DNA of 64,000 nt from Octopus sinensis (GCF_006345805.1 NC_043010.1:15748001-15812000), one strand, 5' to 3'. Positions 50,285 through 63,463 are shown, numbered from the stretch's first letter. Notes: a model not told the origin generated them from the letters alone. Numbers and translations: made by a program.

Positions 50285-51347
50285 TTAAAGATAATAGTTT
50301 GGGCATGAAACAGAAAATATGTATACATGCATAGGCGTAGGAGTGGCTGTGTGGTAAGTAGCTTGTTTACCAACCACATGGTTCCGGGTTCAGTCCCACT
50401 GCGTGGCACCTTGGGCAATTGTCTTCTACTATAGACTCGGGCCGACCAAAGCCTTGTGAGTGGATTTGGTAGACGGAAACTGAAAGAAGCCCATCGTATA
50501 TATGTATATTTATATATATATGTGTGTGTGCGTGTATGTCTGTGTTTGTCCCCCCCAACATCGCTTGACAACCGATGCTGGTGTGTTTATGTCCCTGTCT
50601 CCAAAGCCTTGTGAGTGGATTTGGTAGACGGAAACTGAAAGGAGCCCGTCGTATATGTATATATATATCATCATCATCATCATCATCATCGTTTAACGTC
50701 CGTTCTCCATGCTAGCATGGGTTGGACGGTTCGACCGGGGTTCTGGGAAGCCAGAAGGCTGCACCAGGCTCCAGTCTAATCTGGCAATGTTTCTACAGCT
50801 GGATGCCCTTCCTAACGCCAACCACTCCGTGAGTGTAGTGGGTGCTTTTTACGTATATATATATATGTATGTGTGTGTATATGTTTGTGTGTCTGCGTTT
50901 GTACCCCCAACATCGCTTGACAACCGATGCTGGTGTGTTTACGTCCCTGTAACTTAGTGGTTCGGCAAAAGAGACTGATAGAATAAGTACTGGGCTTCCA
51001 AAGAATAAGTCCTGTGGTCGATTTGCTCGACTAAAGGCGGTGCTCCAGCATGGCCACAGTCACATGACTGAAACAAGTAAGAAGTTAAAAAAAAAAAATG
51101 CAAAATGAGAGCAAGCAGAAGATGGAAATTTCAAATGATAAATATTTAAGTCCAGACTTACAGATATTTATATCAACATATTTCTGTGTTGTTTATATTC
51201 TGTGTAGGTTGGATCTATTAATATAAATATCTATATATTTATACTCAAATATTTATTGTCTGAAAGTCTCCATCTTTTGCTTTCTCTCATTTTGCACGTA
51301 TACATATATATTTATTTTCTGTTTCATGCCAAAACTATTATTTTATA
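50285..51347. mobile_element. Fold-back element (arms ~145 bp) split by a SINE A/RTE composite
   Basis: 50285-50332 plus 51098-51190 pairs with 51200-51347. Left end is TTAA-AG. Confidence 0.65.
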
Positions 51348-51355
51348 TCACACTC

Positions 51356-52391
51356 CAGGGAGTGAAACAAGAAGTAGTTGATGGCTTCCGCTACCCAGGA
51401 AACCAAGTTAGTAATGGAGATGGATACTCAGAGAGTATTACCACTGGAATAAGAATAGCCTGGGCAAAGTTTAGAAAGCTTTTACCCCCTACTGGCAACA
51501 AAGAGCCTCTCGCTCAGAGTCAAAGATAGATTGTACGATGCATGTGTGCGAACTGCCACGCTTCACAGTAGTGAAACATGGGCCGTGACTGCGGAGGACA
51601 TGCGTAGGCTTGAGAGAAATGAAGCTAGCAGAGTGTAAGGATCCTGAGAGAAATGTTGGACATAAGAAGCATTGGATGGGGCATGCAGGAGAGACGTTTG
51701 CGTTGGTATGGTCATGTACTACGAATGGATGAGGAGAGATGTGTGAAGAAGTGCCACTCCCAAACAGTTGAAGGAATCCGGAGTAGAGGTAGACCCAGGA
51801 AGACATGGGATGAGGTGGTCAAGCATGACCTTCAAACGTTGGGTCTCACAGAGGCAATGACGAAAGACCGAGACCTCTGGAGATATGCTGTGACTGCAAA
51901 GATGCGGCAAATAAAGTGTGTTCACTGCTGTATCCTACACCAGTTTCGCATAACCAGCCCCAGCCCATTCAAAAGTACCTTGGATCGTAGGGTGACCTGC
52001 TGTGCTTCAGGAGACCTATTGAGTCGAGTACATCAACATCAAAATGAAAATCAAATGGAAATTGTAGTTGTGATACCCATGCCAGTGACACGTAAAATGC
52101 ACCATCCGAACGTGGCTGATGCCAGCACCACCTTGACTGGCTTCCGTGCCGATGGGACGTAAAAAGCACCAACTGATTGTGGCCGTTGCCAGCTTCCTCT
52201 GGCCCCTGTGCTGTTGGCACATAAAAAGCACCCACCCTACTCACTGAGTGGTTGGCATTAGGAATGGCATTCAGCTGTAGAAACACTGCCAGATCAGACT
52301 GGAGCCTGGTGCAGCTTCATGGCTTCCCAGACCCCAGTCGAACCATCCAACCCATGCTAGCATGGAAAACGGACGTTAAATGATGATGATG
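51356..52391 (+). mobile_element. RTE LINE 3' fragment, same family
   Basis: ERRLRWYGHVLRM..RGRPRKTWDEVVKHDL..DRDLWR, followed directly by the modular 3' UTR and (GAT)n tail. Confidence 0.92.
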
Positions 52392-52509
52392 AATTTGTTT
52401 ATCCACTTAATTTCCTCTGTATATAAACACACACAAACACATATGCATTTAAATATACTTATAAGTATACATACTTACATGATACATATATATATCTTTG
52501 AATAGTAAA

Positions 52510-55500
52510 GCACAAAAGCACATTATAACATAAAGGGAGCTGTTGATGGGTTAACCGAGCACAAAAGCACATTATAACATAAAGGGAGCTGTTGATGGGT
52601 TAACCGAGCACAAAAGCACATTATAACATAAAGGGAGCTGTTGATGGGTTAACCGAGCACAAAAGCACATTATAACATAAAGGGAGCTGTTGATGGGTTA
52701 ACCGAGCACAAAAGCACATTATAACATAAAGGGAGCTGTTGATGAGTTAACCGAGCACAAAAGCACATTATAACATAAAGGGAGCTGTTGATGGGTTAAC
52801 CGAGCACAAAAGCACATTATAACATAAAGGGAGCTGTTGATGGGTTAACCGAGCACAAAAGCACATTATAACATAAAGGGAGCTGTTGATGGGTTAACCG
52901 AGCACAAAAGCACATTATAACATAAAGGGAGCTGTGATGGGTTAACCGAGCACAAAAGCACATTATACATAAAGGGAGCTGTTGATGGGTTAACCGAGCA
53001 CAAAAGCACATTATAACATAAAGGGAGCTATTCATGGGTTAACCGAGCACAAAAGCACATTATAACATAAAGGGAGCTGTTGATGGGTTAACCGAGCACA
53101 AAAGCACATTATAACATAAAGGGAGCTGTTGATGGGTTAACCGAGCACAAAAGCACATTATAACATAAAGGGAGCTATTCATGGGTTAACCGAGCACAAA
53201 AGCACATTATAACATAAAGGGAGCTGTTGATGAGTTAACCGAGTACAAAGGCACATTATAACATAAAGGGAGCTGTTGATGGGTTAACCGAGCACAAAAG
53301 CACATTATAACATAAAGGGAGCTGTTGATGGGTTAACCGAGCACAAAAGCACATTATAACATAAAGGGAGCTGTTGATGGGTTAACCGAGCACAAAAGCA
53401 CATTATAACATAAAGGGAGCTGTTGATGGGTTAACCGAGCACAAAAGCACATTATAACATAAAGGGAGCTGTTGATGGGTTATCCGAGCACAAAAGCACA
53501 TTATAACATAAAGGGAGCTGTTGATGGGTTAACCGAGCACAAAAGCACATTATAACATAAAGGGAGCTATTCATGGGTTAACCGAGCACAAAAGCACATT
53601 ATAACATAAAGGGAGCTATTCATGGGTTAACCGAGCACAAAAGCACATTATAACATAAAGGGAGCTGTTGATGGGTTAACCGAGTACAAAGGCACATTAT
53701 AACATAAAGGGAGCTGTTGATGGGTTAACCGAGCACAAAAGCACATTATAACATAAAGGGAGCTATTCATGGGTTAACCGAGCACAAAAGCACATTATAA
53801 CATAAAGGGAGCTGTTGATGAGTTAACCGAGTAAAGGCACATATTATAACATAAAGGGAGCTGTTGATGGGTTAACCGAGCACAAAAGCACATTATAACA
53901 TAAAGGGAGCTGTTGATGGGTTAACCGAGCACAAAAGCACATTATAACATAAAGGGAGCTGTTGATGGGTTAACCGAGCACAAAAGCACATTATAACATA
54001 AAGGGAGCTATTCATGGGTTAACCGAGCACAAAAGCACATTATAACATAAAGGAGCTATTATGGGTTAACCGAGCACAAAAGCACATTATAAATAAAGGG
54101 AGTGTTGATGGGTTAACCGAGCACAAAAGCACATTATAACATAAAGGGAGCTGTTGATGGGTTAACCGAGTACAAAAGCACATTATAACATAAAGGGAGC
54201 TGTTGATGGGTAACCGAGCACAAAAGCACATTATAACATAAAGGGAGCTGTTGATGGATTAACCGAGCACAAAAGCACATTATAACATAAAGGGAGCTGT
54301 TGATGAGTTAACCGAATACAAAGGCACATTATAACATAAAGGGAGCTGTTGATGGGTTAACCGAGCACAAAAGCACATTATAACATAAAGGGAGCTGTTG
54401 ATGGGTTAACCGAGCACAAAAACATTATAACATAAAGGGAGCTGTTGATGGGTTAACCGAGCACAAAGCACATTATAACATAAAGGGAGCTGTTGATGGG
54501 TTAACCGAGCACAAAGCACATTATAACATAAAGGGAGCTGTTGATGGGTTAACCGAGCACAAAAGCACATTATAACATAAAGGGAGCTATTGGGTTAACC
54601 GAGCACAAAAGCACATTATAACATAAAGGGAGCTGTTGATGGTTAACCGAGCACAAAAGCACATTATAACATAAAGGGAGCTGTTGATGGGTTAACCGAG
54701 CACAAAAGCAATTATAACATAAAGGGAGCTATTCATGGGTTAACGAGCACAAAAGCACATTATAACATAAAGGGAGCTATTCATGGGTTACCGAGCACAA
54801 AAGCACATTATACATAAAGGGGGAGCTGTTGATGGGTTAACCGAGCACAAAAGCACATTATAACATAAAGGGAGCTGTTGATGGGTTAACCGAGCACAAA
54901 AGCACATTATAACATAAAGGGAGCTGTTGATGGGTTAACCGAGCACAAAAGCACATTATAACATAAAGGGAGCTGTTGATGGGTTAACCAAGCACAAAAG
55001 CACATTATAACATAAAGGGAGCTGTTGATCAGTTAACCGAGTACAAAGGCACATTATAACATAAAGGGAGCTGTTGATGGGTTAACCGAGCACAAAAGCA
55101 CATTATAACATAAAGGGAGCTGTTGATGGGTTAACCGAGCACAAAAGCACATTATAACATAAAGGGAGCTGTTGATGGGTTAACCGAGCACAAAAGCACA
55201 TTATAACATAAAGGGAGCTGTTGATGGGTTAACCGAGCACAAAAGCACATTATAACATAAAGGGAGCTGTTGATGGGTTAACCGAGCACAAGCACATTAT
55301 AACATAAAGGGAGCTGTTGATGGTTAACCGAGCACAAAAGAACATTATAACATAAAGGGAGCTGTTGATGGTTAACCGAGCACAAAAGCACATTATAACA
55401 TAAAGGGAGCTGTTGATGGGTTAACCGAGCACAAAAGCACATTATAACATAAAGGGAGCTGTTGATGGGTTAACCGAGCACAAAAGCACATTATAACATA

Positions 55501-56030
55501 AAGGGAGCTGTTGATGGGTTAACCGAGCACAAAAGCACATTATGACATAAAGGGAGCTGTTGATGGGTTAACCGAGCACAAAAGCACATTATGACATAAA
55601 GGGAGCTGTTGATGGGTTAACCGAGCACAAAAGCACATTATGACATAAAGGGAGCTGTTGATGGGTTAACCGAGTACAAAAGCACATTATAACATAAAGG
55701 GAGCTGTTGATGGGTTAACCAAGCACAAAAGCACATTATAACATAAGGGGAGCTGTTGATGGGTTAACCAAGCACAAAAGCACATTATAACATAAAGGGA
55801 GCTGTTGATGGGTTAACCAAGCACAAAAGCACATTATAACATAAAGGGAGCTGTTGATGGGTTAACCGAGCACAAAAACACATTATAACATAAAGGGAGC
55901 TGTTGATGGGTTAACCGAGTACAAAAGCACATTATAACATAAAGGGAGCTGTTGATGAGTTAACCAAGCACAAAAGCACATTATAACATAAAGGGAGCTG
56001 TTGATGGGTTAACCGAGCACAAAAGCACAT
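52510..56030. repeat. 49-bp tandem satellite, about 72 monomers (gcacaaaagcacattataacataaagggagctgttgatgggttaaccga)
   Basis: Period read directly (52511 to 52560). Near-identical monomers. Confidence 0.98.
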
Positions 56031-56258
56031 GGTTAACCCATGAACAGCTCCTTTTATGTTATAATGAGAGTGAAGAGGCAAAAGTTGGGGAGAGAAAGAG
56101 CAAACATATAAATGTAGGAAGTGAAAGAGAAAATGCAACATCCTCATGTTGTTTGTCATTAAAATAGACATTCCCATTATTCCAAATGCCATTGCAGATG
56201 AGAAGCCTCTGAGAGACCTTCAGTATTAGATTAAATTTAGAATATTAAGAGAGCGAGA

Positions 56259-56291
<33 letters not shown>

Positions 56292-56631
56292 GTACTTTCG
56301 ATAATATGAAACAGGAAATTGGCAATATAATAGGTAGTGTGTGTATGTACGTTTGAAATCAAAGCATCTGCTTTGCTATACCATGCTGATTGTTATAATT
56401 ATAGTTGTTGAGTTTGGTCACTGTACTAGAGCAATCTCAAACGCAAGTCCTGACCAAACGACCATAAAAGGTATTACAAGAAGAAACTTAAAACAACTGT
56501 CAGGATTTTGAATTTTTCTTAACTTTCTGTTTATTTCCATTTATTTCATTGATTCAGAGTTTTAAAAAAATATGTAAAGATATCCTAAACTCCAAAATGT
56601 TTTTAAGGGAATTGCTTTCATCCATCTTCAT

Positions 56632-57305
56632 GATGATGATCATCATCGTTTAACGTTTGCTTTCCATGCTAGCATGGGTTGGACGATTTTGACTGAGGGC
56701 TGGCGAACCAGATGGTTGCACCAGGCTCCAATCTTGATTTGGCAGAGTTTCTACAGCTGGATGCCCTTCTTAACGCCAATCACTCCGAGAGTGTACTGGA
56801 TGCTTTTTATGTGCCACCTGCACGGGGGCCAGTCAGGCAGTACTGGCAACGACCTTGCTCGAATCTTTTTACACATGCCACCAGCACTGGTGCCAGTAAG
56901 GCGACTTCGGTAACGATCACGCTCAAACGGTGCCCTTTTACGTGCCACTGGCACGGAAACCAGTTGGCTGCTCTGGCAACGATCACGCTCGGATGGTGCT
57001 CTTGGCACCCTACTAACGCGGGCACAAATGCCAGTAAGGCGACGCCGGTAACGATCATGCTCGAATGGTGCCCTTTTACGTGCACAGGCACAGAAGCCAG
57101 TTGGCTGCTCTGGCAACGATCATGCTCGGATGGTGCTCTTGACACCCTACTAGCACGGGCACAAGTGCCAGTAAGGCGATGCTGGTAACGATCATGCTCG
57201 AATGGTGCCCTTTAAGTGCCACTGGCACGGAAGCCGGTAAGCCGCTCTGTCAATGATCACGCTCGTATGGTGCTCTTTGCACCCTGCTAGCACGGACGCC
57301 AGTCA
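56632..57305 (-). mobile_element. RTE 3' UTR with an expanded, alternating module array
   Basis: Standard tail at 56632-56800, then about 8-9 modules of about 60 bp in two alternating types. Confidence 0.85.
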
Positions 57306-57344
57306 TCTCTTACTATACTCCTCACATTGTATTGTAATTGGTTG

Positions 57345-57700
57345 CACTAATTGGTGGCATAACCAGGTGGGCAGACTGGGCTCGTTAGCCTTGGTTGGCA
57401 GCCAGTCTAGGAGAAGGAAAACTCTGACTCCAAACCCTCGCTCCGCTGCCTTGCGGATGCTCTTGGGAGAGGGAAAGGCTATGGGAGTAAACCCAGACAG
57501 AAAATCCGGAGTGGAGCCCCGAAGGCAGTAGGGTGTTGAATCTCGACCCCTTTCCGGCAACTCCTGCAGCCAACCAGATTCCAAACGTACTGCACTGCAT
57601 TCCTTTGGATTATGTCTGGGGGGCCGAGAGGGAGATTCTGGTGTCTGGGCAGCCCAGTGTCTTCGTTTCTACCGCCCAGGCTTGCGCCATGGAGAAACTA
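57345..57700 (+). mobile_element. Probable RTE 5'-UTR fragment
   Basis: agccttggttggcagccagtctaggagaaggaaaactctgactccaaacc resembles the motif I recall from RTE 5' regions. No ORF follows. Confidence 0.5.
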
Positions 57701-57991
57701 CTCCATCGATGGAATTGGTGGCATCTGTTCCTGAATAAAATTGTGCTATTCCAGGAAAACCATTACCTCATGAATTTCTAACTCTAAAATCACATTATTA
57801 AAGCTAAGCGCTCTAACCTCCTAAATAGGATATTATTCACTACTATGAGCAGCAAGATCAACACTTAGCATGTTGTGTTATATAGTAGAGGAAATCATTT
57901 AAAAGTTAATTTCACATCATAAAACTAGTAAAATCCTGGATATCATTTTACATTCTCATAGCAGTGGATAAACAAGTCACATAATGTGCAT

Positions 57992-58485
57992 GATAATAAT
58001 GATAATAATTCATTTGTTTATTGGCCACAAGGGCTAACAAAAATCAATTAAAACATAAAGGGACAAAACACAGGACGAAAGTTACAAAGGGTTTTGTCCG
58101 TTTGAAAAAGGTTCGTGTACAAAAGCAGGATATCAAAGAAATGTAAGTAACAATTAAAACTTCCAATAGGGGGAGGCGCTTCGAAAGGTTACTCGTGGAA
58201 AAACCCATAAAAGCCACGGGAGCCTGGTCAAAAGGGGGGGGGGGGGGTAGAGAGCCCCTTGCTCCTTTTATATTTCCTTTTAATTCTCACAGGTGTATCC
58301 TCAAAATTGGTCCGTTCATACTGATCATTCTTGCGACATTCACCCACCTTTCAATAAACTTGCTACCAGACATCACTTCCCTCTCTACTCTCATCTTCCT
58401 TTTCAAGTGAAGCTTGAAAAAGTTGATGAGGCCTTGGCCAAAGAGGAAAGTGTCTGACCTTAGCCCTTTCAAACGGGTCCACTAT
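57992..58485 (-). mobile_element. L1/Tx1-like LINE 3'-end fragment, copy 1
   Basis: Encodes WTRLKGLRSDTF..SKFIERWVNVARM..GPIL, the same C-terminus as at ~5180-5270. (ATT)n-type tail. Confidence 0.85.
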
Positions 58486-58971
58486 GATAATAATAATAAT
58501 AATGATAATTCTTTTTATTGGCCACAAGGGCTGACACACATGATTAGAAAACATAAAGGGACAAAACAGGACGAAAGGTTACAAAGGATTTTGTCCGTTT
58601 GTAAAAATCCATGTAAAAAACTGCAACAACAAAATATTTAACAATGAAAAACTCCCAATGGGGGGAGGCGCTTCGAAAGGTTCCTGGTGGAAAAAACCCA
58701 TAAAAGCCAACGGGGGCCTGGTCAAAAGGGGGGTAGAGAGCCCCTTTCTCCTTTTATATTTCCTTTTAATTCTCTCAGGTGTATCCTCAGAATTGGTCCG
58801 TTCATACTGACCATTCTTGCGACATTCACCCACCTTTCAATAAACTTGCTACCAGACATCACTTCCCTCTCTACTCTCATCTTCCTTTTCAAGTGAAGCT
58901 TGAAAAAGTTGATGAGGCCTTGGCCAAAGAGGAAAGTGTCTGACCTTAGCCCTTTCAAATGGGTCCACTAT
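58486..58971 (-). mobile_element. L1/Tx1-like LINE 3'-end fragment, copy 2
   Basis: Nearly identical coding part and the same 5' breakpoint (atagtggaccc) as copy 1, but a different 3' UTR. Confidence 0.85.
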
Positions 58972-59379
58972 ACTGTTTTACTGTTTACTGTTTTACTTGT
59001 TTCAGTCATTTGACTGCGGCCATGCTAGAGCACCACCTTTAATCGAGCAACTCGACCCCGGGACTTATTCTTTTGTAAGCCCAGTACTTATTCTATCGGT
59101 CTTTTTTGCCGAACCGCTAAGTAACGGGGACATAAACACACCAGCATCGGTTGTCAAGCAATGCTAGGGGGACAAACACACACACGCATATATATATACA
59201 TATATACGACGGGCTTCTTTCAGTTTCCGTCTACCAAATCCACTCACAAGGCTTTGGTCGGCCCGAGGCTATAGCAGAAGACACTTGCCCAAGATGCCAC
59301 GCAGTGGGACTGAACCCAGAACCATGTGGTTGGTTAGCAAGTTACTTACCACACAGCCACTCCTGCGCCTATGATGATG

Positions 59380-59411
<32 letters not shown>

Positions 59412-61447
59412 TGGTAAACTTTTGTAGGATTAGATCTCTGTGATGTAATCTACTAAACAGCTGATGTATCACACTCACTACAATTGTTTAGCATATTTGT
59501 CATAACTTTCCATGTTTAGCAGCGAGTGTAGACCTAGGTATTAAAGCTTAGAACATGTAATTCTGGTACTTAAGATAGTTAGGAATTTTATAAGAAACAA
59601 TTTGATTGCTTTATTACAGAGAATCTTCACGTTTTGTTCATGGCAAAAAAATTTTCTAATGAAGACCAGACTATTAAGTGTATGCTCCTAGGTTGAAGAC
59701 TTGCTACAGTTGATGTGCTTTGGTAATTTCTGGTCGACTTTGCTGGAAGAACTTACTTGTATCACCATAAAACAAACCCCTCTGATAATAAACATTAGAC
59801 TTTTTTTTCATGGTAAACCAATTTATTCCATTTTTGAATTATATCACAGAGTTCACTGAGTGGTTAAATCATTCAATCAGGAAACCAACAAGGGAAGCTC
59901 TTTGTGATTGATTGATATTCTAGAAATAGCAACCAGATCTCCCTTAAATAACCTCACTATTTTAAAAAAGAAGGGAGTTTTAGATAATATAATCCTAGAT
60001 AACTATGTGTGGAGGCACATGGCCTAGTGGTTAGAGCAGCGGACTCGCGGTCGAGGGATCGCGGGTTTGAATCTCAGACTGGGTGATGTGTGTGTTTATG
60101 AGCGAAAACACCTAAGCTCCATGCGGCTCCAGTAGAAGGTAATGGCGAAACTTCTGCTGACTCTTTCGCCACAACTTTCTCTCACTCTTTCCTCCTGCAT
60201 CTTGCAGCTCACCTGCGACAGACCGGTATCCCGTCCAGGTGGGGAACTTATACGCCAAGAAACCGGGAAACCGGCCCTTCTCATGTGACTAAATTTTGTG
60301 GGGAAAATTAAATCAAAGCTCAACATACAGGTAGTAACATCCTATTAGCAAAATGATATTAAGTACCAATAATGATATTTCCTGATTGCTGAAATTTGAT
60401 GTGAATACTTACTAAATTTAAAAGTTGGTCACAATCAAGTAGAAACAGACTTATATCAATCAGCATTCTCATTATTTTCATGATGTATTTAAAAAAAAAT
60501 AACTGCCATCAGGAAAATATTTTTAGCTAGAAGAACAGAAAGGTCTTGAAATGTTATTATTTATAAACTGAAAATGATTTATGTACTTGCATAGCGAGTG
60601 ACTTGATCTGATATCGTGTGCTGGAATGAAAACAATTGCAGCGTGGAAGGTGTTTATAAACCATTTAAGAAACACACAAAAACCGTTAGATTCACTTCAA
60701 CATTTAAATTTAATTTGTCAAAATATTTTCGTCGCTTTGAGACCGGAACCTGTTCGCTGACAAAGCTTCGTGCTGCATCTCATTGTTGTGAAAATAATTT
60801 ATTATTTTCATAATTTACATTTGACGGATATACCCTCCAGCCTTCATCAAGTGTCTTGGGGAAAGTTTGAACCTGGGTTTTCATTCCTAAGGTATTTTTC
60901 AATGTTGCGAATTTTAGGGCTTATAAATCTAATATTTTCCTATCCTTCCTTAATACTGGTTCCCATATGCTACTCATATCTGTACTTGGTCTGCTTAGGA
61001 GGTTGTTGTGTCCTAACATATACTCTTTACTCTCTCTTTTACTTGTTTCAGTCATTTGACTGCGGCCATACTGGAGCACCACCTTTAGTCGAGCAAATCG
61101 ACCCCGGGACTTATTCTTTGTAAGCCCAGTACTTATTCTATCAGTCTCTTTTGCCGAACCGCTAAGTGACAGGGACGTAAACACACCAGCATCGGTTGTC
61201 AAGCAATGCTAGGGGGACAAACACACACACATACACATATATATATATACATATATACGACAGGCTTCTTTCAGTTTCCGTCTACCAAATCCACTCACAA
61301 GGCATTGGTTGGCCCGGGGCTATAGCAGAAGACACTTGCCCAAGATGCCACGCAGTGGGACTGAACCCGGAACCATGTGGTTGGTTAGCAAGTTACTTAC
61401 CACACAGCCACTTCTGTGCTGCTTCTTTTAGTTTTCGTATTTTCCAG

Positions 61448-61486
61448 TGGTGTTCTCTGTTGATTATTTTAACTTCATCCCACAGG
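61448..61486 (+). CDS. Weak candidate 39-nt phase-1/phase-1 exon (VVFSVDYFNFIPQG when joined to the 40912 exon)
   Basis: Pyrimidine tract ttcttttagttttcgtattttccag| and donor CAGG|GTGAGG. Open in the frame that continues the phase-1 junction. Confidence 0.3.
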
Positions 61487-61812
61487 GTGAGGTGGTCTTA
61501 ATTTTTTACATACATGATCAGTTGTACCCGATTTAGCAATATCTCCTCGTGCCACGGCTTTGCGATGTTTATCTACCCTTATCAGCCGAAATGTGTTAAC
61601 AACAAACAAGATGAGGACAAATATCCGTCAAATATAAATAATGTACATAATTCCTTATCTCGTAAATACAGACCTGAAAATAATAGTCTAATAAAAAAAA
61701 AACATACAAACATTTTAAAACTTGCAGCACAGTCATGGTATCATTAGTGCACATATGCATGCCCACGTGTGCACACACACACACACACACACTCACTCAC
61801 ACACTTACACAC

Positions 61813-62060
61813 ATCATCATCATCATCATTGTTCGACCGTGGTCGAGACAATGGAATTTACCATGCTATGCTAGACTTCACGGTCCATCGTAGCATTGCG
61901 GAGGTCCTGTTGCTGGATGCCTGTATCCCTGGAGATTACATCAGGGTAGGAGAGTGTGCGCCCTCTGGTATCGCGAGTAGATGGCTTCCAGAGGAGAAGA
62001 GTAGAAATTGCCTCGTTTCCAGCTCTACTACAATGTCCAGCAAACTGGACTCTCCTACCT
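61813..62060 (-). mobile_element. Third RTE-like family, C-terminal fragment
   Basis: RRVQFAGHCSRA..LLLWKP..RGRTLSYPDVISRDTG..L.NA.MDREV, (GAT)n tail. Confidence 0.8.
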
Positions 62061-62097
62061 TTCACATATGCATGCCCACGTGTGCACACACACACAC

Positions 62098-62135
<38 letters not shown>

Positions 62136-62526
62136 ACACACACACACACACACACACGCATATACATTCATGAGTAACCAGCAGAAGCTTTTTTTAGTTT
62201 CATGCATATGTACGTCTATGCCTATGCATACATACATGTCAAAAATAGAAATTCCTTAGATAAATCAGTCTTAATTATCTATCTGCAATGCAAAACAATT
62301 TAGTAAATGCACACAACCTTTTATAGCCTACATAATAGTTTTAATAGAATAACAAAACTAATAGAATAGATTGCTTTGTAAAGATTAAAATTTAAGCTCC
62401 GTGCAATAAGCCTTTGTAGAGGTCACAGTAACGCAGTCTGCCTTTCAATACTAAAATGTATCAACTCTTACATCAGAAAGTACCACAAACACATAAAAAA
62501 AACACTTCTAAACAAAATATATTTCA

Positions 62527-62904
62527 CTAGCAGTATTGCCCGGCGTTGCTCGGATTTGTAAGGGAAATAACTATATAAGCATTTTTAGAGAGTTATAGCA
62601 AAAAAATGCATTAAAAATGGAAAAATAATGATGGTAAATTTTTTTTTAAATCGTTGACTCATCGTAGACATTTTTAGAGAGTTACTTCCCTTATATAATA
62701 GCGAAAAAAATGCATTAAAATGATGGTAAATTTTTTTTTAAAACGTTGACTCATCGTAGACGCGCGCTAATACCCAGAAGGGCTCGATATGAATCACGAC
62801 TATAAGATACCCGGTTTTGGTTAAACTGCACCGCAAAATGTGGGAGTAGTTAGGAATCTAAATCATAGGAGACAGACACACAACTTGACTGTTATATATA
62901 AAGA
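62527..62904 (-). mobile_element. Non-autonomous Helitron
   Basis: On the - strand: A|TC 5' end, subterminal hairpin ccg-agcaacgc-cgg, CTAG|T 3' end. Confidence 0.8.
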
Positions 62905-63412
62905 TATATTAGATATATTAACATTGCTCTTTCAATATGAAAAAGAAAAAAAACAACTCTGGTCATTAGTATAAAAATTGGCACAAACTAATCAATTTAC
63001 AAACACATGGAAAATTCATTAAAGAAATTCTAATATTGTTCTGTTGCTAACAACCCACATTTTCACAAGTTTATTCTGAGCATGTACACCGTTATTTCTA
63101 TGGCTGGTTACGATAAAGCCATATAACAGGATCTTCAAACTGAAGTTGTATACGAACTTCAATTCACAAATAAACAAATCCATAAAATCCTATAAGAAAT
63201 AAAAATAAACTTATCACTATAGAAAGATATCTGAAAAAGAACTTATCAAAATTATTCCCCACTATATATGTTACATGCATGCACAACCAGCTGCACATAC
63301 ATGCACTGAATCCCAGATTGATAAGTTGCTCTTGAATTACACTGTTAATGTGTGTGTGTGCGTGCAAGTATATGTGTGTAAGTTTGTGTGAATATGTATG
63401 TATGTCTGTATG

Positions 63413-63459
<47 letters not shown>

Positions 63460-63463
<4 letters not shown>

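Noticed and set aside
52510-56030. Possible CRISPR array
   Set aside because: Monomers are contiguous with no unique spacers, there are no cas genes, and the context is eukaryotic. The RTE UTR module arrays fail for similar reasons, since their linkers are homologous to each other.
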